A stretch of 63,994 nt of DNA, filler included, from Octopus bimaculoides (lineage: Eukaryota), in NCBI RefSeq assembly GCF_001194135.2. It is 5 parts of 5 records of this genome, joined end to end, with 100 filler letters (N's around TTAATTAATTAA, not from the genome) between each part and the next. Parts side by side here need not be neighbours in the genome. Positions count along the whole stretch, not along the records: positions 1 to 28,717 come from NC_068998.1; positions 28,818 to 44,006 come from NC_068983.1; 3 more parts are not named here. One strand, written 5' to 3'. Position 1 is the stretch's first letter; every line of letters starts with the position of its first letter. Of the stretch, positions 25,376 to 37,457 are shown one piece after another. A program made the translations under genes and the position numbers. Under the pieces are notes generated by a model. It saw only the letters and a list, made by a program, of their open reading frames with translations. It was not told the origin of the DNA and searched no databases.

Positions 25376-26274
25376 AATCTGTTTTTTCTCCGTCCAGCTT
25401 CGTCTTATCACTAGCGTTCAATATCTGATTCGCGTTTGGCCCTACGGCTTTTTAATGTTTCCACTGTCCATTTTTTCCTGTCTTGGTTTGTGTTTGCTAC
25501 CTTGGAATCCTCTGTTTAGTGCTCAGGAAGAAACTATTCTAAGAGTGCGCCCTGCCTTATCTTCTAAACGCCTAGTTTAGAATAGAGGCAGCTGATGAAG
25601 GAATAATTCCACAAGTGGCTATTTGTTTTCCTATGTGTTCGTTTCGTTGTCTGTAGTTCATTTTTCTAACGTCCTGTACCTGAATATGCATCTATATACA
25701 CATGTAGATGTAAGTATGTACATATNNNNNNNNNNNNNNNNNNNNNNNNNNNNNNNNNNNNNNNNNNNNNNNNNNNNNNNNNNNNNNNNNNNNNNNNNNN
25801 NNNNNNNNNNNNNNNNNNNNNNNNNNNNNNNNNNNNNNNNNNNNNNNNNNNNNNNNNNATTTATATATATATGCGTGTGTGAATACGTGTGTGTGTGTGT
25901 GTGTGTGTGTACGCACATATACATGTAGAAGAACTATTAAAATAATTGTTTTTCTATTAAAACAAAAGCATTATTTTAATTAACCATTTTAATTAGCCAT
26001 TTTGTTTTGTAATTAATGTTTTTTTTTTTCCACTAGAAAAATTATAAATTCATTCGTTATCGAAATTTGTTACAAAATATTCGTTGAATAACAGAAAAAA
26101 ACATTTGGAGAGAAAATAGTGAGATGGAAGAGTATAAACTAAATTAAAAGTTAATTAAACTGCTCGGAAAGTTATTAATTATTCCTTAACTTGACCTATC
26201 AACTATGTTTTTATTTCTCTTACCTTCTTTTCTTTTTATTCTGCTTCCTTACTACTATGTATCTGTCTTTCTCT

Positions 26275-26375
26275 CCCCCTCCCCCCATCTATCTGTCTGT
26301 CTGGCCGTCTGGCTGTGTATCTGTCTGTCTGTCCATCCATCCATCCATTCATCCATCCATCCATCCATCCATCCA

Positions 26376-26415
<40 letters not shown>

Positions 26416-26423
26416 CCCTCCCA

Positions 26424-26522
<99 letters not shown>

Positions 26523-26530
26523 CCCTCCCA

Positions 26531-26585
<55 letters not shown>

Positions 26586-26589
26586 CATA

Positions 26590-26632
<43 letters not shown>

Positions 26633-26644
26633 GTTAACTGTCTA

Positions 26645-26680
<36 letters not shown>
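26275..26680. repeat. Compound microsatellite with a higher-order duplication
   Basis: (TCCA)n, then (TC)n-TTTCTTCCCTCCCAATC-(TATC)n-CA repeated twice, then (TCTG)n. Confidence 0.9.
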
Positions 26681-26682
<2 letters not shown>

Positions 26683-26924
26683 ACGGCAGTTAAATCTTGT
26701 CTTAGAAATTAATCTGTGCGTGCAAGCTTGTACGAGTGTGCACCAGTGCATGAGTATGTAATTGTACATGCATGTGCGTTTGTGAGAGTATATGTGTATA
26801 TGAGTGTCCGTATGTGCGTGCGTGCAAGTATGTATGTGTGTGTGTGCATACATTTGTGTGTATGTATGTGTGTGAGCGCATGGTCCAAAAGTTTCTCCAG
26901 TGTCTTTGTGGACATGGAATGATC

Positions 26925-27205
26925 TCCGCCATAACATGCTCGTTGCATCGAATATCTCCGTGCATCACAAATCTGATAATCTACTCCGACACCGGAAGTT
27001 CTTTGATAATGTTCCTCATAGATTTTCCAGGATCATCATCCATAATGTTTTGCTCCCGTAGCTTTATAGTGTCCGAATGTCAAGAATGGGTTTTTTTTCT
27101 CTCTTCGATAAAGTTGAAACATCTCTACCAAAGGCTTCCAGTTCCATCCAATCTTCGAATGCAAAAGATTTTCAGCATTTATAAAGGTTGACAATTTCTA
27201 AATGG
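26925..27205 (-). mobile_element. Tc1/mariner (maT/DD37D-like) transposase N-terminal fragment
   Basis: NHLEIVNL...ELEAFGRDVSTLSKREKK...SDTI...NIMDDDPGKSMRNIIKELPVSE*IIRFVMHGDIR. Confidence 0.75.
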
Positions 27206-27216
27206 TTGTGTTCCGC

Positions 27217-27464
27217 ACATACAGGGTGGGGCAGAGGGGACAGACGTTTTTGAAAAACTAAAAAAAATCATTAATTTTAGCTGCAAACAAATTTTATTGA
27301 CATCAATGTGTTCGTATTGGATTAGGATTTGTCAGAATCAAGTGTGGAAAAAAACACCAATCATGTGGTGTCCGTTTTCATTAGTAAATTTCTAAAGATG
27401 TTCTTGGGAGTTGGCTTCGATTACCGATGCCAAGTTCAGTGGAATGCCTCCGAGCAGAGCGATT
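27217..27464 (-). mobile_element. Tc1/mariner-type right end (transposase C-terminus plus TIR)
   Basis: TACAGGGTG terminal sequence at about 27218; minus strand encodes ...GIPLNL...ENGHHMIGVFFHT*, like the ..NDGHHL.DVIFKT* C-termini. Confidence 0.6.
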
Positions 27465-27710
27465 CGGACCCTGCTTTACTCTTTCACCACAACTCTCTCT
27501 CTCTCTTTCTTCCTGTTTCTGTTGTACCTGTATTTCAAAGGGCCAGCCTTGTCAAGTTTTGTGTCACGCTGAATCTCCCCGAGAACTACGTTAAGGGTAC
27601 ACGTGTCTGTGGAGTGTTCAGCCACTTGCGCGTTAATTTCACGAGCAGGCTGTTCCGTTGATCGGATCAAGTGGTACCCTCGCCGTCGTAACCGACGGAG
27701 TGCCACAATA
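27465..27710 (+). mobile_element. Family A SINE, partial
   Basis: Shares CACCACAACT...GCAGGCTGTTCCGTTGATCGGATCAA; abuts the Tc1/mariner remnant. Confidence 0.8.
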
Positions 27711-28761
27711 ATGTTTAATGNNNNNNNNNNNNNNNNNNNNNNNNNNNNNNNNNNNNNNNNNNNNNNNNNNNNNNNNNNNNNNNNNNNNNNNNNNNNNNNN
27801 NNNNNNNNNNNNNNNNNNNNNNNNNNNNNNNNNNNNNNNNNNNNNNNNNNNNNNNNNNNNNNNNNNNNNNNNNNNNNNNNNNNNNNNNNNNNNNNNNNNN
27901 NNNNNNNNNNNNNNNNNNNNNNNNNNNNNNNNNNNNNNNNNNNNATCGGTTGGCCTCAATCCGGTCCTGTATAATGTGCGTGTCTGAATTTGCATCAGTA
28001 TGTGTGTGTGTGTTTTGATATGTAAAATGTCTACTCTATTACAGTCACCACCGCCATCGCCCCCGCCACAATTGCAATCAGCACCACAACGACTACTTGT
28101 CCCAGCTGCAGCACCAGCACCACCACCACCACCCTACCCCAGTCCCAGCACCTGTGTCACTAACACTACGACTAGACCCATATCCACCACCACCACCACC
28201 AGCAGCGCTCCTTATTGCAGCGCTCCTTCGGTTTTTCTAAGACCTGTAAGAAAACTTGGAAGGTTGGGCCACCTACCAGGCCTTTCTCGAAACCCTTAAA
28301 GCCACGAAATTTGTATGTATGTATGTCTGTATGTATGTATGTATGTATGTCTGTATGTCTGTATGTCTTTTTGTATACTCTTTTACTTAAACATTTGGCT
28401 GCGGCCATGCTGGAACACCGTCTTTAGTCGAAAAAAACGACTCCAGGACTTATTCTTTGTAAGCCTAGTACTTATTCTATCGGGTTCTTTTGCCGATAGT
28501 GGTGGATCTAAGTCGATTACATCGAACCCCAGTGTTCAGCTGGTACTTATTTTATCAACCCCGCCAAAAGGATAAAAGGCAAAGTCGAACGCGGCGGCAT
28601 AAGAACTCGGAACGAAAAGGCGGACGAAATGCCGGTAAACATTTCGTTCGACGTGCTAACGAGTCTACCAGTCTTCCGCCTTAACACCTACATAAGGCTA
28701 CATAAAATTCTATTGCTNNNNNNNNNNNNNNNNNNNNNNNNNNNNNNNNNNNNNNNNNNNN

Positions 28762-28773
28762 TTAATTAATTAA
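28762..28773. other. Assembly linker TTAATTAATTAA inside an N-gap (also at about 44051, 51710, 61703)
   Basis: Identical 12-mer, with stops in all six frames, centred in four N-runs. Confidence 0.9.
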
Positions 28774-28817
28774 NNNNNNNNNNNNNNNNNNNNNNNNNNN
28801 NNNNNNNNNNNNNNNNN

Positions 28818-28872
28818 TGTGTCCTTAAGTTTGTGGAGGAGCTTGTCTCCCCTTCACAAACTTAAGGACACA
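28818..28872. repeat. 55-nt hairpin with a perfect 18-bp outer stem
   Basis: TGTGTCCTTAAGTTTGTG / CACAAACTTAAGGACACA. Confidence 0.9.
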
Positions 28873-28974
28873 GTAATTGTGTCAAGGCCGACAGGAAGCG
28901 GTCCAGCTTCCTAGGGCTAAACAGCAGTAGTGTATTCCCTTATTGGGATTGTCACATTAAGTTGACAATATACT

Positions 28975-29008
<34 letters not shown>

Positions 29009-29131
29009 GGATAATAAAACGAATGGTTTACATCTGGTAGCTTACTGGTAAAGCACGGTCAATTTTACAGTGATCGTTAGGTATATAGCAAATGAAAGAC
29101 GGAAGATGGAATATATGAGAATTTATTATTA

Positions 29132-29238
29132 ATCACAACAATTGTTTCGATACATCTAGCATCGATTCCTCTTGGGTTGGGACACTCAACAACCAGTTCA
29201 GGAGCAACCGGTGGTGCAGATGTATCTCGTCGGGTGAT
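29132..29238 (-). ncRNA. Type-I hammerhead ribozyme fold, inverted partner copy
   Basis: Stem I ATCAC/GTGAT; core CCGACGA; stem II GATACATCT/AGATGTATC perfect 9 bp; GAA; ACAATTGT; GUU triplet. Confidence 0.75.
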
Positions 29239-30308
29239 AAATAAATAGAACAGCTTATTCATCGCATAAACAATAGCAAAATGCGGCAGAGGTTCAATAA
29301 CCCACCTACTGGATCTGGTAAACATTTGCATCTAAATACCAACTAAGGAGATGTAAACCACATTGACAAACACCAACTATGACCAATTTGTAGTAGTAGA
29401 AACACATATGATACAGCTAGCACGGTAACAACGCCGGTAAATGGAGTCGGGACTGCCTTATATACAAATAAATATGATAAATGCTCATGCAGAGAAAAAT
29501 CAAAATGTCTTTTGATGAATCTCTGTATGAGTACAGATCTTGTATATAAATGTACCTGCACACAAGGGAAGGGCCCTATGTTTACATTGGGCAGACGGCT
29601 GATTCATTTAAGAATCGTTATCGTAACCATGTTGCCAGCTTTAAGACAATCAATAAGAGACATTCAACATCTTTGGCAGATTGTGTATGGTGACTGAAGG
29701 AGGATAAAATGCAGTACAGCATTAATTGGTCCATAATAAGGTATGCGAAACCATACAATATAATTTCCAGGAAACACCGTCTCTGCTCCGAGGAATCCCT
29801 GTCTATTCTGTGGACTAACGAGAAGATAATTAAAAGAATTTCTGAACGACTCTCGAGATGCCTACACGCATATAGATGTACTTTCGCACAATACAGTGAG
29901 AATGAATTTTGAGTAACTGTTAACTTAATTTACTTTAAGGTATGGGTGACTTAAGTTTACTTTTAGCCTCCCCATTCTTATAAACACCAAGTAGATAACT
30001 AACTCGCTTTGTGACCATGAGTGCACCAAACCTCACGTGTGCATATGCTCACATTTTTGCGGATGCTAGTATGAGCGAGTGTACTCGCTACATGCAGCTT
30101 ACCCGAGGGCGTTTATACATCCATATCTGTTAACGGTTATTTCTAATACTTTTCTTGCTGGATTGCGTACTAGTTTCTCTTTTTTTCTATCTGTGATTTT
30201 ATTTTTGATCTATATAAATGAAAATATTTCCTCCGTCTGGCTGCTTTTCTCTCTACAAAATTGTAAGTTACATTGCGGAACAGTCATCTTAACGAGTTGT
30301 ATTTATTT

Positions 30309-30414
30309 ATCACCCGACGAGATATATCTGCAGTACCGGATGCTCCTGAACCAGTTGCTGAGTGTCTCACCCAAGAGAAATCGATGTTAGATGTGTCGAA
30401 ACAATTGTCGTGAT
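30309..30414 (+). ncRNA. Type-I hammerhead ribozyme fold (PLE-type, palindromic stem III, enlarged stem II)
   Basis: Stem I ATCAC/GTGAT; core CCGACGA; stem II GATATATCT/AGATGTGTC (two G-U) plus a roughly 60-nt insert; GAA; stem III ACAA/TTGT (palindrome, no loop); GUC cleavage triplet at 30407-30409. Confidence 0.78.
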
Positions 30415-31863
30415 TAATAATAAATTCTCGTATATTCCATCTTCCGTCTTTCATTTGCTATATACATACATATATATATATATATATANNNNNNNNNNNN
30501 NNNNNNNNNNNNNNNNNNNNNNNNNNNNNNNNNNNNNNNNNNNNNNNNNNNNNNNNNNNNNNNNNNNNNNNNNNNNNNNNNNNNNNNNNNNNNNNNNNNN
30601 NNNNNNNNNNNNNNNNNNNNNNNNNNNNNNNNNNNNNNNNNNNNNNNNNNNNNNNNNNNNNNNNNNNNNNNNNNNNNNNNNNNNNNNNNNNNNNNNNNNN
30701 NNNNNNNNNNNNNNNNNNNNNNNNNNNNNNNNNNNNNNNNNNNNNNNNNNNNNNNNNNNNNNNNNNNNNNNNNNNNNNNNNNNNNNNNNNNNNNNNNNNN
30801 NNNNNNNNNNNNNNNNNNNNNNNNNNNNNNNNNNNNNNNNNNNNNNNNNNNNNNNNNNNNNNNNNNNNNNNNNNNNNNNNNNNNNNNNNNNNNNNNNNNN
30901 NNNNNNNNNNNNNNNNNNNNNNNNNNNNNNNNNNNNNNNNNNNNNNNNNNNNNNNNNNNNNNNNNNNNNNNNNNNNNNNNNNNNNNNNNNNNNNNNNNNN
31001 NNNNNNNNNNNNNNNNNNNNNNNNNNNNNNNNNNNNNNNNNNNNNNNNNNNNNNNNNNNNNNNNNNNNNNNNNNNNNNNNNNNNNNNNNNNNNNNNNNNN
31101 NNNNNNNNNNNNNNNNNNNNNNNNNNNNNNNNNNNNNNNNNNNNNNNNNNNNNNNNNNNNNNNNNNNNNNNNNNNNNNNNNNNNNNNNNNNNNNNNNNNN
31201 NNNNNNNNNNNNNNNNNNNNNNNNNNNNNNNNNNNNNNNNNNNNNNNNNNNACACACACACACACACACAAATTCAGATTATATAAAAAAAAAAAAAAAA
31301 AGCATCGCTGAGGTAGGGTAAAATGAGCAATTTCTGATTTCTGATTTTTTGCTATTTTTTTTTTCTTATCTGTTTGAAACCATTGCATTATAGATATTAC
31401 ATCATCATTTTGTACTGTTGCATCCTCTTTGGGAGTAAAAATAAGTTAGCATAATTATTGTTGAAACAGAGAGTTTGAAATAGTAGACAGGTACATTTTT
31501 TCCCCAACTTTCTCCTTGTTGTAACTGAGGTTGCTGATAAATATCTGGTTAATTTTTGGCGTTTAACAATCAATATTCTTTTTCTCTGTTGGATTCCAAC
31601 ATGTCTAGTTTAATAATTTTCAATTCTCAAAACAAATGTCTAAAGTGGGACAAAATGAGTAATGACTAGTTGCAGTAATTTCTTCTCTTTAACTGCATGG
31701 TGCGTAAATATATCTGGAAGAGATCCAGCAGATCGTGAAGAAACTACAGAGGCTATGTTATGTTGAGCTTTTAGATTTAGTCGAGTTTCGTTAACTTCAT
31801 ATCATGTGCCATTTTTCTATGAACCTCTCTTATTTAACCTCTTCCATAGATATTTTTTCTTTT

Positions 31864-31896
<33 letters not shown>

Positions 31897-32878
31897 TTTG
31901 CATTTCTGATCTTTCTGATGTCTAAGGATGGTTATTGACATGTATGAGATTTCTTTCAAATGTAATTCTGGAGAATCGGAGAGGTAAATTTACCTCGCTT
32001 TACCTTACTCATTTTGCCCCATTTAAATTTGTCATTTGTATGCTCAAAGAGAACAGCGATAACCTTTTGAAATAGTGTTCTGAATATATTATAGTGTTTT
32101 TAATGCATTTAGAGAAGGTCATTTGCTTAGCTGATATAGGGAGAGAACGTTTGGAAAAAATATTTTTTCTTAAAGTCAAAAATGCAGTAAATATTACTAA
32201 TTGTGCTCTTTTACTATATACTCGTGTTTTCTAAACATCAGAAGCTGCAGTTCTTCGTCCAGAAAATCCCTATAAAGACATATAGGGTTAGAAATACACG
32301 AAATACTTGGCTATTTTGTTTCGCCAAGCTTTATGGTATTGATAATATATATCTAGTCGAGTTTCGTTAACCTCATATCATGTGCCATTTTTCCTTCCAA
32401 CAGTTTTTCTGTCCCCTCTTTATTTCTTCTATCCCTCTGCCTCTACATCTCTTTCCCCACGTGACCGATGTTCGGCCAGGGCTGACCTTTCTTTCTTAGT
32501 TCGACTACCATCCGTGCAACATCTATATTCCTCCCTGTGCTTGTGAAATCTTGTATCCCTGCTGTACGGTTTTACTTCCACACACGCCTGCTTAATTTAA
32601 GTTGTCCTTATTCGAAAGACACCTGTTGTTATGTCCTGTTATTTGTATTTGTGTAACATTCTCCGATTTTTTCCGTCCTTATTTTCGTATACATTCGTTG
32701 CCTTCTTCCAAGGAATCTAATTCTCTTAGCTTTGACCAGATTGGAGCAATCTCGAGTATAACCAGCCGAGGTTGAATAGATAATCTGAAACTCGACTGAG
32801 GAAAGAAAACTCCGAATGACTCGTCCTTGTTTTCTTTGTATCGTCTATCTGGATGTTTTGCGTTCTTGTTCCATTTTG

Positions 32879-32927
<49 letters not shown>

Positions 32928-33389
32928 CATATAATCATATAATCAGTAATGTACAAAATAAACAAATAAATTTGGATTTCTGTAGACATTCAGGGTTTCC
33001 ACACGAGGACGTACACACAAACTAGCACCGATTCTGAAGCGAGGGAGTGCAAACGAAGACACATACGCACACGTACGCACACACACACACACACGATGAG
33101 CTTCCACACAGTTTCTGTCTACCATCTTCATTCAAAAGGCATCGGTCAGTCCGGGTGTATAGTGAAAGACATCTGTCCAAGGTGTCACGCAGGGGGACTG
33201 TACCCAAAATCCACTCGCTTGCAAAGCGAGTTTCTTAACCACGAAGCCATACCTACAGCCTCTGCCATACTTTTATTACCAGCTCTTCTGATGGGTGTCG
33301 AGACTGGTTTTCCCACCCTCGTGTACGAAACCGATTGACGAAATCGGCTGAAATGGGTCTATAACATTGTATTGCGTAAGTAATTATAT

Positions 33390-33642
33390 GTACATATGTA
33401 AGTCACGTGATCACCTGACCGACCAGACTAACAGATGTTGTTACACATCGTTTTAGCCCTCGAATGACGCCATCCCGCTAGCTAGGTGAGCACACTAACA
33501 TTCTTCCCTGATCGAAAGGGGAGCTGGAGCAGCGTGAACTGAAGTGTTTAGCTCAAGAACACAACACACCGCCCGGTCTGAGAATCGAACCCACGATCTA
33601 ACGATTGTGAATACAACAACCTAACCACTAGGCCACACGCCC
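33390..33642 (-). mobile_element. tRNA-derived SINE family E
   Basis: GGCGTGTGGCCTAGTGGTTAGG...GGTTCGATTCTC...GTGTTCTTGAGC.AAACACTT. Other copies at 13597-13700, 62640-62850(-), 62865-63140(+), 63890-63994(+). Confidence 0.75.
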
Positions 33643-34331
33643 TTGTCTGTGTATGCGCGCATGCGCGTGTATATATATATATATATGTACATATATACAT
33701 ATATACACACACACACACATATATATATANNNNNNNNNNNNNNNNNNNNNNNNNNNNNNNNNNNNNNNNNNNNNNNNNNNNNNNNNNNNNNNNNNNNNNN
33801 NNNNNNNNNNNNNNNNNNNNNNNNNNNNNNNNNNNNNNNNNNNNNNNNNNNNNNNNNNNNNNNNNNNNNNNNNNNNNNNNNNNNNNNNNNNNNNNNNNNN
33901 NNNNNNNNNNNNNNNNNNNNNNNNNNNNNNNNNNNNNNNNNNNNNNNNNNNNNNNNNNNNNNNNNNNNNNNNNNNNNNNNNNNNNNNNNNNNNNNNNNNN
34001 NNNNNNNNNNNNNNNNNNNNNNNNNNNNNNNNNNNNNNNNNNNNNNNNNNNNNNNNNNNNNNNNNNNNNNNNNNNNNNNNNNNNNNNNNNNNNNNNNNNN
34101 NNNNNNNNNNNNNNNNNNNNNNNNNNNNNNNNNNNNNNNNNNNNNNNNNNNNNNNNNNNNNNNNNNNNNNNNNNNNNNNNNNNNNNNNNNNNNNNNCTCT
34201 CTCTCTCTCTCTCGTTTTATCTAACCTCTGTGTGTGTATGTGAAAATATATAAGTAAATTTGGCATTATTACTTGCGAGTGTTGTATGTTCGTTTATGTT
34301 CAAAGCAGGTTCGTTTAAGTGTCTGTCTGTT

Positions 34332-34369
<38 letters not shown>

Positions 34370-35679
34370 CCTGTCTGTCTGTCTGTATGTATGTATGTAT
34401 GCATGTATGTATGTATGCATGTATGTATGTATCTGTGTGTGAGTGCGTGCATGGGTGATGTGTGCGTGTATGTGTGTGTATGAGTGCGCGCACGCACGCG
34501 CGCGTGTGTGTAAAAAAAATCATTGAAAAAAATAACTCTTTAGACATTAGTTTGTTTCTTATTTGAGAAACGCTATTTTCTTACAACTAATTGTTTTTAA
34601 ATTCCTGATAAAACTTGCATCTTTCTATGTTGATGTTTACTGACTGTAAAAATATTGTCAAAATACAGCCAATGTTATCTCAAATGTTTTACTTCAATTT
34701 CGAATTTAAACGAGTTCTTTTTTTTTTTCGTTCTTCTAATGGTAAATAGGAAAAAAATTAAAAACAGTATTCAATAATTCTTCTAAATTAAAAGTATACA
34801 GAGAAGTGAATAATGGCTGTCTGTTTCCAAATACTTTTTTTCTTTTTTTGTCTTTTTAGCAGATAAGCGTTTTTCATTTGAAAAGACGTGAATTGTCGAA
34901 CCAGTAGGGGTAACAACAGCCACTCAAGAATTTAGAAGTTTTGTATCTTGTCTACTCGCAACGGAATACTGCATCCACATCTGGTTCGCTGCAGCTGTTG
35001 CTATGAACATGAACATTCTAGACAGCGGTTCTCAAACAGAGCACCACCTCGATACACTAGCACTTCGCAAGGGAGCATCTATGTGCGCTATAGGTGCGTG
35101 GCCTAGTAGTTAGTGTTGAGTTCACGTTCATAAAGCCGCGGGTTCAATTCTTGGATCGACCGGTGTGTTGCATCCCTGATCGAGACACTTCATTTCATAT
35201 AACTTCAGTCTATTCAGCGGCTATTAGTACCAACCAGCGAGATGGTACAGATCTCTCTCCCTCCGGCAGTCACATTATGGATGTGTTGTTGGTTTTAGGA
35301 TAAAGGGGCCGGTAAGGTATGACAATTAGTCAAAGCATGATACATGTTACCAAACATATTCGCTTGCGAGTGACGGCTGCTTGTTATCTAAAAATTTAGA
35401 AAATCCAAATTAATGCTTGAGTGTCTTGAAAAAGAAACTGTTATTCATAATTTTGTTATACACAGGTATACGATAAGTAGGTATGGTTGTACGGTTAAAG
35501 CATTCGCCTCGCAGTTAACGGGTTTCGGGCTCGTTCTTATTGTATAGCATCTTGGGCAAGTGCCTTTTACAATAGCTTCAGTTTGGTCAATACCGTATAA
35601 ATAGAATTTCATGAAAGTTGGTTGGAGGAATCTGGGCAAAAGTCCGTCATATCTATCTACCTATCTGTATGTCTGTTTG

Positions 35680-35720
<41 letters not shown>

Positions 35721-36125
35721 NNNNNNNNNNNNNNNNNNNNNNNNNNNNNNNNNNNNNNNNNNNNNNNNNNNNNNNNNNNNNNNNNNNNNNNNNNNNNNNN
35801 NNNNNNNNNNNNNNNNNNNNNNNNNNNNNNNNNNNNNNNNNNNNNNNNNNNNNNNNNNNNNNNNNNNNNNNNNNNNNNNNNNNNNNNNNNNNNNNNNNNN
35901 NNNNNNNNNNNNNNNNNNNNNNNNNNNNNNNNNNTATAGGCGCAGGCGTAGCTATGTGGTAAGAAGTTTGTTTCCCAACCCCATGACTCCGGGTTCAGTC
36001 TCACTGTGACACCTTGGGCAAGTGTCTTCTACTATAGCCTCAGGCCGATCAAAGCCCTGAGTGGATTTGGTAGACAGAAACTGAAAAAAGCCTGTCGTAT
36101 TTATATATATGTATATATCTCTGTG

Positions 36126-36167
<42 letters not shown>

Positions 36168-37072
36168 CGCATATGTGTGTGAAGGCACGTGGCCTACATA
36201 CATACATGGATACATACACACATACATACATACACACATACATACATACATACATACATAATTTAGTAAGCTGAAACCAACACCACTAGCTACCTGCGGT
36301 TTCCTCAATTAATAAATTCACGTAGTTCAAGCCATCTTTTTTTTTGGGGGGGGGGGGGCAATTTAACACAGAAACAAGCAACATTGTCAAAAGAGAGCAT
36401 AAATCCCATTTTTTTTTTTTCTCTCTCTCACATTGTCAAAAGCATTAGAGACAGAAATATTTTTGTACGTATGACAAGAAGAATTAGGTTGTACAAATTG
36501 ATTAAGTTAAATGTCGAACCAATACAAGAACTTTATTGAGATAGAAAGAGCAGTTTGATGTAATAGACTTGTCGCATGCTTTCTCGTATACCCGTAGGAT
36601 GTTCACAGCATAGCTATAACATTGAGTGCTGCTTCCCTCGTGTATCCATACAGAAGTTCAAAATAAAATACGACGACGAAACCCTTTCCCAAAATATCTG
36701 GCAACAAAAGTTGTATAGGATTATACCTTATAGGGTCGTCTTTTGTCTATTTGCACAATAGCAATGAAATGCTTTGCAACTGGAGCCTAACATTTTAAAT
36801 GGTAAATGCACGTAATAAATGGGTCATTTATGTGATATAAATGATCATAAACGATAGCTTTTTAATATAAACCCTTATTTTTTTTCTTTACTAACAACCA
36901 CTTGTGTTTTCGCGAGACGGATCCCCACCCAACATTTTCTTCGTCATCACACATGCATGGACTTTCTCAGTCATGAAGATTTCGACGAAATCAGTTTTTT
37001 TAACTTATATCTATAATAATTTATGAATCTGCGTGTTGTACAAAAGAAAACATTCTAATATGAGTGTATATA

Positions 37073-37457
37073 CTGTGTTGGCACTCCGTCACTTACGACG
37101 TCGAGGGTTCCAGTTGATCCGATCAACGGAACAGCCTGCTCGTGAAATTAACGTGCAAGTGGCTGAGCACTCCACACACACGTGTACCCTTAACGTAGTT
37201 CTCGGGGATATTCAGCGTGACACAGTGTGACAAGGCTGACCCTTTGAATTACAGGCACAACAGAAACAGGAAGTAAGAGTGAGAGAAAGTTGTGGTGGAA
37301 GAGTACAGTAGGGTTCGCCACTATCCCCTGCCGGACCCTCGTGGAGCTTTAGGTGTTTTCGCTCAATAAACATTCACAACGCCCGGTCTGGGAATCGAAA
37401 CCGCGATCCTATGACCGCGAGTCCGCTGCCCTAACCACTGGGCCATTGCGCCTCCAC
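37073..37457 (-). mobile_element. Full-length tRNA-derived SINE (family A, about 385 bp)
   Basis: A box TGGCCCAGTGG, B box GGTTTCGATTCC, (CAA)-type tail; 12-bp TSD TGAGTGTATATA at 37061 and 37458. Confidence 0.9.

Larger units (their letters stand above)
29081..30465 (+). mobile_element. Penelope-like retroelement 3-prime remnant: GIY-YIG endonuclease flanked by about 167-bp inverted repeats (inverted pseudo-LTRs)
   Basis: 29476-29912 translates, with frameshift and stop, to CSCREKSKC..C..LVYKCT..YVYIGQT..FKNRYRNH..F..ST.LA..VW.LK..INWSII..AKPY....RLCSEE..RCLH. 29081-29247 is the reverse complement of 30300-30465. Confidence 0.88.

Noticed and set aside
25300-25450. Short resemblances to U3 box B (AGCGTGAAG) and U2 (TCTTATCA..AATATCTGAT)
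   Set aside because: The remaining boxes, Sm site and spacing are absent
28000-28299. Pro/Thr-rich 99-aa ORF
   Set aside because: Degenerate (CAC)n trinucleotide repeat followed by a retroelement-like tail and (TATG)n
28762-28773. Conserved TTAATTAATTAA motif recurring four times
   Set aside because: Always embedded centrally in N-runs; a scaffolding linker, not biological
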